This document shows positions 55,886 through 64,000 of a stretch of 64,000 nucleotides of DNA, piece by piece (the first letter of the stretch is position 1; each line of letters begins with the position of its first letter). Below the pieces are notes generated by a model. It saw only the letters and a list, made by a program, of their open reading frames with translations, was not told the DNA's origin and ran no database searches. Source of the stretch: Octopus vulgaris (lineage: Eukaryota); contig OX597820.1 in NCBI GenBank assembly GCA_951406725.2, positions 119,412,001 to 119,476,000 on the forward strand, given 5' to 3'. The position numbers and the translations under genes were made by a program.

Positions 55886-56423
55886 AATATTACGGTAATT
55901 TCGACGACCTGGCCGCCTATCGGCGCAAATCAATCAAAGCTGTTGTCTGTATATTAGTTAAAGCTATAGTTTTAATAAGGTCTCTCCAGAGGTCTCTCCT
56001 CTGTTAGGTATTTCCCATTGGTAACAACTAAGGAGCTAGAAATACGAATCTCTTGGAATCCCGATAGATGGTAACACGGGACAGATATTTTCTTTTTACA
56101 CCGTTTTACCATAAGAGAAATTTTCTCCCCGCTAACTGCAATAAATTTGCTTTTAGCATTTAAAATATGTCACAAACATATTTTGGTAGCCACAGTCCAT
56201 TAGGGAGAGATCCGGTGATCTATAGCTTACCGTCGAGCCAGTAGGTACAATTTAAAGAAGAGGAAAGCAGAATCAAGGCTGGACAAGCTTATCAATTCAT
56301 TTGAATTAGTTTAACGGCGAAGCGAATTAAGCAAAAATAGAATAGAAATATTAGACCAGATAATAGATCAATGTGTTGATCCAGGTTTCCATAAACTGTG
56401 TATTCCATCATCGGAGATGAAAT

Positions 56424-56813
56424 GGATGGTTGGAAGCACTCCGTCGGTTACGACGACGAGGGTTCCGGTTGATCCGATCAACGGAACAGCCTGCTCGTGA
56501 AATTAACGTGTAAGTGGCTGAGCACTCCACAGACACGTGTACCCTTAACGTAGTTCTCGGGGATATTCAGCGTGACACAGAGAGTGACAAGGCCGGCCCT
56601 TTGAAATACAGGTACAACAGAAACAGGAAGTAAGAGTGAGAGAAAGTTGTGGTGAAAGAGTACAGCAGGGATCACCACCATCCCTGCCGGAGCCTCGTGG
56701 AGCTATAGGTGTTTTCGCTCAATAAACACTCACAACGCCCGGTCTGGGAATCGAAACCGCGATCCTATGACCACGAGTCCGCTGCCCTAACCACTGGGCC
56801 ATTGCGCCTCCAC
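56424..56813 (-). mobile_element. SINE family A, full length
   Basis: TSD GAGATGAAAT at 56414-56423 and 56815-56824. Confidence 0.93.
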
Positions 56814-57225
56814 CGAGATGAAATATTAAGTGTGCAAGACAACTAGAAGACAAAATCACTCCAGAAATCATCCCGAGAGCGACAGATTCGTCTTTTGCCT
56901 TAGTTGCTACTCAATTCAAATTTATTGGGCTTATGCAGTGCCATTGAAACCTAACAGATTGTTTATACACCTCCAGCTAGTAGATTCGATTTTGATTCGG
57001 ATGTGGCACGAGAGCATGTCATTGATATGCAGCAACTACGGTGAAATACGTATCTGTCGCTTACGACAGATTTCTAGCATGATTTTGTTTCTCCTGTCTT
57101 AAGTATATTGCACGTTTTAACGTGATACGTCATTAAAGGGATATTTCGCGGGCGAACACCGCAGTTGTTGTCGTTTAAACAAATATACGTAAAATATGCT
57201 GTAAAGAATACCAATCAATCAATCA

Positions 57226-57313
<88 letters not shown>

Positions 57314-57489
57314 CTGAGCATGGTATGGCTTGATTATATGAAGGGTTCTTTTTGTCAGTATTTCACAGTTCCAGAAAATGTAATACAAAAATGAGAAATC
57401 AGGGTAACACCAGATCATGGTTGCCACTGACATTAAAAGGAGTATAAGCTATCAAATCTACCAGTTTTAATAGCCGTCAATATATACGA

Positions 57490-58560
57490 AAAATAAACAC
57501 AGCAATGTTATTGAAATGAATAGTATTGGAATGATATGAAGAAATTAGTCAGAGTGAAGTGGAACAATAACGTTGATTGCCACAAATAGAATCTGAAATG
57601 GAACGTCTAATTTTAGTTGCAAATTCTCAATGGTTAGCCACAAAACAATATATTTACTTTATAGTAAAAGAAGAATCTGATGTAAAATGCAGACGATGAA
57701 CGGAACTGAATATGTCTGTTGAGCACTTCGTCTCTGGCTGCTCTGCCCTTATATAAATGAGTCTGCAGAGGTGCATTTGAGTTCGCCATTACATGCAGTG
57801 GAGATAGGCCGAGATGTTGACATAGAATCTGAGAAGTGGCGAAGAGAGGCAGAAATAAAAGCGTATGAAAAGTTATCTATTTACAATATCCTGGGACGGG
57901 CTTGACGATATTGACGGTGAAACCAAAGTGAATAGTCCAGAAATAAGTCTCAAATAAAGAAAAACGAATATCTGTTTATATCCTGATAAAAGTTCCTCTA
58001 CCGAACACAACTACCGCCCAGAAATATATGGAGAAAGATATCAAAGTATAAAGATCTTGTTAGAGAAAACACTGAATAGGGGAGGGGGGAAGCACTCCGT
58101 CGGTTACGACGACGAGGGTTCCGGTTGCTCCGATCAACGGAACAGCCTGCTCGTGAAATTAACGTGCAAGTGGCTGAGCACGCCACAGACACGTGTACCC
58201 TTAACGTAGTTCTCGGGGATATTCAGCGTGACACAGAGAGTGACAAGGCCGGCCCTTTGAAATACAGGTACAACAGAAACAGGAAGTAAGAGTGAGAGAA
58301 AGTTGTGGTGAAAGAGTACAGCAGGGATCACCACCATCCCCTGCCGGAGCCTCGTGGAGCTTTTTTACGTGTTTTCGCTCAATAAACACTCACAACGCCC
58401 GGTCTGGGAATCGAAACCGCAATCCTACGACCGCGAGTTCGCTGCCCTAACCACTGGACCATTGCGCCTCCACAGAAAACACTGAATAGAAGTTTAGTAA
58501 AATAAGAGTAAGTATTCCATATAACTAGATTCAAACACATAGTAAAAAAAATGAGACATG
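57490..58560 (+). mobile_element. Highly decayed RLE-type LINE fragment interrupted by SINE A
   Basis: DVKCRR*..SVEHFVSGCSAL, TISWD, and KISKYKDL remnants. Confidence 0.55.
58080..58473 (-). mobile_element. SINE family A, full length
   Basis: 16-bp TSD AGAAAACACTGAATAG at 58064-58079 and 58474-58489. Confidence 0.93.
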
Positions 58561-58668
58561 ATTTACAACAAAGCACGCCGTCTAGAAATAGTCAAACCCC
58601 CATCGTTTGTCACACACATTCCATTCAATAGTATATTTCCCACAATTCCATCTTGCACAGGTCACGCA

Positions 58669-60785
58669 TAAATTCTCCCCTAATACCATGCACCGCATGT
58701 AGAAAATACTCTTCCGAATACATAACCGATACTGTTGTACGCAAAATAACAAACCCAATGTATATGAAATACGATATCTACTGAACGAACGAAATAAGGT
58801 AATCTATGTAAAATTCTCTAATTAATTTTCAAACGATGTAGCATAAGCGTGGACATATGGAAGCACTCCGTCAGTTACGACGATGAGGCTTCCGGTTGAT
58901 CCGAATCAACGGAACAGCCTGCTCGTAAAATTAACGTGTAAGTGGCTGAGCACTCCACAGACACGTGCACCCTTAACGTAGTTCTCGGGGATATTCAGCG
59001 TGACAAAGAGAGTGACAAGGTCGGCCCCTTGAAATACAGGTACAACAGAAACAGGAAGTAAGAGTGAGAGAAAGTTGTGGTGAAAGAGTACAGCAGGGAT
59101 CACCACCATCCCTGCCGGAGCCTCGTGGAGCTTTTTTAGGTGTTTTCGCTCAATAAACACTCACAACGCCCGGTCTAGGAATCGAAACCGCGATCCTATG
59201 ACCACGAGTCCGCTGCTCTAGCCACTGGGCCATTGCGCCTTCACTAAGCGTGGACATACGCTTCACACCAAAGTATAATCGAATCGGTAAAAGTAATTCT
59301 ACCTTATCAAAGGAGTAAACCGCTCACGTTTTAGATGCATTTGAGTTAATTTAATCAGTATGAATGTGAAATCAGCCGTGCATTTTTTGGCCCTTTTTAT
59401 TTTTGCTTTTTTATTTTGTTTTTTTTTTATATTAAAAGAATATCTGATTTTGGCACAGGATCACATATTTTAGGAAATGTTTTGGTTTCGATAACGCTTT
59501 TTGTTGCTGATTTAAATGTTGATTGTTGATTATGCAATGGTGAATGATTAAATGACATGGCTGTCGTTGAGATTTGAAATCAGAAACTAATACACGGTAT
59601 CTAAATACCACAAGTTTCCGCTCCTACTACTAATGAGAACGCTTAGCTAAATTGTAGGAACGTAAATCACGCATGTGCATATTTAGGATCACAAGATTCA
59701 AAGATAAATTGTGATAGAAGGAAGGGAATAAATATTGTTTTAATTGATATGGCATGTAATATCGTGCAAACACGCAGAGTTACTTCTATAGCATGGAAAA
59801 TGAAGAGATATTTCTTGTTCGTTTAAAAATGAATGGATATCGCAGTAATTAGTGATACTAGATATAAGCATGATGGAATAATGAAATAAGTTGCAATGTA
59901 TGAGTCTCTTTCACGTGATGTATATATGAGATAAGATTAGCCATACGACCAGGCAATGTTTTGAAGTTTGTTTTATATATGGATATTACATGAAAGATGT
60001 CTGGATATTACAATGCATACTTCTATTCGATTTGTTATATGCTCGTTGAGCTTATACAAAGAAATTATATTAGTCACATAAGAAACGAAGTACAAAAGAA
60101 ATATACTTAAATACTTCAGAACATAGCCATGTATTTTCTTTCACGTTTTGGTGACTCTAATAGTGACTAATGTAAGTAAAATAGTTCTATTGAAAGAGCT
60201 ACAACCATTCCATTATATAGGAACAGTGCATTTAAATACCATCCAAGTATTACGGAACCACAGTAGAATGTTTTCGTAATTTGTTAAAGTTTTAGTTGAC
60301 ATTAAGTCTACTTTATATAAACGAAGTGCAACGAGGTGCATATTGAAATCAAAAGTGGTTCCAAGCAATGTCTTGCTTTGAGCCATGACTAATGATATTA
60401 AAGAGATGGATAAGTTTCCAGATATTTGAAGAGGTATTGCATTGCATTGTATTATATTTTCAAAAAAATATTAAAGGATTTGATTAAAGACGAGCTTCTA
60501 AGATGTTTAAGAAGTCTGGTAGATATAAGAACTTTCGTTGGTTGTCAATTAAAATTACTGATGTAAGGAAAAGTAATTAAGATTCACGAAATAGATTCGC
60601 AGTTTTATGATTCCATGATCTTTTATTATACTTTGCATATCTAAAATTATTGAATAATTAAATTCTCCCATAATACCATGCACCGCATGTAGGAAATATT
60701 CATCCGAATACACAGCCGACACTGTTGCACGCGAAATAACAAACCCAATGTATATGAAATACGATATGAACGAACGAAATCAGGC
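58669..60785. repeat. ~125-bp direct repeat pair (58669-58795 and 60659-60782)
   Basis: AAATTCTCCC.TAATACCATGCACCGCATGTAG..AAATAACAAACCCAATGTATATGAAATACGATAT..GAACGAACGAAAT in both. Confidence 0.85.
58858..59244 (-). mobile_element. SINE family A, full length
   Basis: 14-bp TSD TAAGCGTGGACATA at 58844-58857 and 59245-59258. Confidence 0.93.
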
Positions 60786-63282
60786 TATAATCTTATAAGA
60801 TTATAGTGTTAAAAGAATTAAAAATTAGTGACGGCCAGAAATTTATTTTCGGTTTTATACTCCCAAGTGCAACATCTGTCCTTATCTACATTGTCTTTCA
60901 TCAAATTTGGGATTGCATGTTCATATCGTAAAAACTTATAAGAATTTGGAGCCGATGTTATCCACATCCCCAAGTTCTTAAAAATGGGCTGGCTTAAAGT
61001 TATGATGTGTACTCAATACCTGGAGGTAGCATCTTACACATGCAATATGACATTATGTTTACAACGAGATTAAATAATCGCTTTAAGCTGGATAAAAATT
61101 TAATGACAAGCAAATTAAAATACCAGTAACTTCGAATTTTTCTAAAACAAAAGACAATGCAAGTTCGTAGCTCTCGTCTTAAATCCAGAATTTAAAAAAG
61201 TACAGATGCTTCGCACTTGTTAGATCTCATTAGCGAAGAAAATTCCATTTCTTAGCAAAATAATCATATATATACATGATTATGAATGTCAGCATTAATG
61301 TTGACAGTCTAATCATTCTCACAAGGGCAAATGACATAAAGAGAACGTTCTGCGTGTTGAGTACACATTTGGTAGGGTCTTATTAAGGAATCATTGTGAA
61401 TTAAATAAATTCGAATTATGGAAATTATCTTATTTAGAGAACAAAACTCTCTAGTGCTGTTTTAAAAACAAGGAGGAATCCAACTCCCATAATATCATCT
61501 AATCTAGTTTTAAAAAATAGATAAGGGATTCAGACGTTATTCTTGTCGTTAAACCAATTTGGCGAACAATAATCCACTAAGAAGAATATGCTTTGATGAG
61601 AAAATCTTATAATCTCAAAACAAATTTTGTGTTTATCTAGACGACTTTAAAGTCAAATCCACACAGAACTGCATTCTATCAATTCCCTAAAATCATTGAT
61701 CGATTTTTAACTTATCTTCGTTGCTTGTCATTTCCAGTTTCCAAACACCACAGAATTTGCCTTGTAATTCCTATAATAATATGAGGCTATCGAAGTCTTC
61801 CAACTCACTACAGTACACATGAGATGCTACTCTATGTATTTATGTACTACTCCATAATCATGTAGTATGAAGACAGCTTCCTCATCCCTAACTTTGAACC
61901 ATTATACTTTACTAATTCGGTTGTAATTAATAGCCAATGACAAATGTACATGTCCAGACACATTAAATTAACATTTTGTAGATATGTATCTATTTTTGCC
62001 CTTAGATCATCAAATAAATATAAATTATTAAGTGACGATCCATTGACAGTTATGTTTATAAGACAGTACACTATTTTAAATAATGTCTTATTAAATTATT
62101 CAAAACAGACATCGTATGAAGGAATGCGTATATTTAATTACCTCAACCAATCCAAAGTGAGTGCTGATGAGTCATGAACCGCGTAAATTAGCAGCCTTCC
62201 GTCAGTATATTCAATCTGACACAGTTTCTTCTCTCCCACACATCTGATCCTCTGCGTTTGAAACCCCAGGATATATCTAAAGTTTAATTGTTAATTATTG
62301 GCATTCACGCAAGTATGCCGAAGCCTTTCGTGAATTATAAATGATGAAGAGGGGGAAATATTTTAGGAAACGTTGTACAGTAAAAATCACCAAATTAATC
62401 CGGAAAGAAGTACTTGACTCTCCGCGACTAAATCTCTCAGCGTCGTCTATGGCGTTCAACGAAGCCACATTCCTCGCGTGATATCTGCAATGACCTCTGT
62501 ATGCTGGAACGAATGTTATATTCGCAGCTTGGTCGAGGGAAGGTAAACCAGGAAAAATATCTGTACATTTCTCTATAAAGTCAAGATGTTAACTGGACAT
62601 CATACGTATATTTGATCAGTCAACATCACCCTAAATGTGAGAAAATCAGCGCAACTAACAATAGTACCGACAGCTCTTAAAAACGACAAAACACTGTATC
62701 TAAAAGGAAATATGAATACATGGGTATCTCAAATATAAAGAAAAACAATCAGAATCGTTAGCTCACACACACTACCGACTATTTATCGCCCTTTAATATT
62801 TAAATTTCAGATGTCTCTCTTTTGTCAAAGTTAACAAGAATTGTCATTTACGCTAAGGATTTTCTTTCTCTTTACAAGACCCTTTCGGGGGAATAAAGAT
62901 TCACCTCGGTTCACTACAATAAATACATTATATGTTTTACATGTAGATGGCATCCTTAGGTAGTTTTCCCGATCTCAAAATTTTAAAATATTCTTTTCAC
63001 ACAAACTCTTACATTGGTGTCGATAGATCTTAATATCCAAGAGAAGCTAACTATTGCCACAACATGCCACTAAGTTTTGCTGTATTTGTCTACCTTTTTT
63101 AAGACATATCTGTTACATTTTTCTCTGCTTTCTCCCCAAAGTTTTTCCTTGCATTCCGTTAAACAATTTCCCTCAAACACTAAAGACAAACCATTTCCTT
63201 AAACTAAGTAGAAGTGATGTTTGATTCATACATAATGTATTTCATATAATCCTAAGCAAAGTGTAACATCTGCGCATATCTA

Positions 63283-63472
63283 TATACATACATACAAACA
63301 TACATACATACATACATACATACATAAATGCATACATACATACAAACATACATACCTACATAAATACATACATACATACATACATACATACATACACACG
63401 TACATACATACATACATACATACAAACATACATACATACACACGTACATACATACATACATACAAACATACA

Positions 63473-63504
<32 letters not shown>

Positions 63505-63730
63505 CATACATACATACATACATTCATACATACATACATACATTCATACATACATACATACATACACACGTACATACATACATACATACAAACATACATA
63601 CATACATACATACATACATACATACATACATAAATACAAACATACATACAAACATACATACATACATACATACATACATACATACAAACATACATAAATA
63701 CATACATATTTACGTACATCCATCCATACA
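63283..63730. repeat. (TACA)n microsatellite
   Basis: Direct inspection. Confidence 0.97.
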
Positions 63731-63742
63731 TAGAAATATTAT

Positions 63743-63905
63743 CGCAGAAGTGGCTGTATGGTAAGAAGCTTCCTTCCAAACCATATGATTCCGGGTTCGG
63801 TTCTGCTTCGTGGCAACGTGGGCATGTATCTTCCAATATAGTTTCGAGCCGACCAAAGCCTTGTGAGTGGATTTGGTAGACGGAAACTAAAAGAAGCCCG
63901 TCAGA
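63743..63905 (+). mobile_element. SINE family B, 5' half, diverged
   Basis: GTGGCTGTATGGTAAGAAGC..GCCGACCAAAGCCTTGTGAGTGGATTTGGTAGACGGAAAC. Confidence 0.85.
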
Positions 63906-63930
63906 TATATATGTATATCTAACTAACTAA

Positions 63931-64000
<70 letters not shown>

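Overview
AT-rich eukaryotic non-genic or intronic DNA, very probably from an octopus (inferred from the extreme TA/CA/TACA/GATA/TAA microsatellite density and the tRNA-derived SINE families; not database-confirmed). I see no intact protein-coding gene. Most listed ORFs are microsatellite translations or pieces of repeats. The window holds three tRNA-derived SINE families (many with clear target-site duplications, TSDs), 5'-truncated LINEs (Tx1/L1, Dong/R4-like, CR1-like, RTE-like), a decayed Tc1, a fold-back mariner derivative, two inverted copies of an 8-bp-TSD MITE and a ~135-bp 28S rRNA fragment. The most interesting signals: (i) short (TA)n-embedded elements of several unrelated families that carry minimal hammerhead-ribozyme-like cores and often form fold-back palindromes (Penelope-like); (ii) apparent partitioning of microsatellite types among retroelement clades; (iii) a candidate minus-strand microexon at 20588/20592-20614. 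All calls were made by eye and boundaries are approximate.
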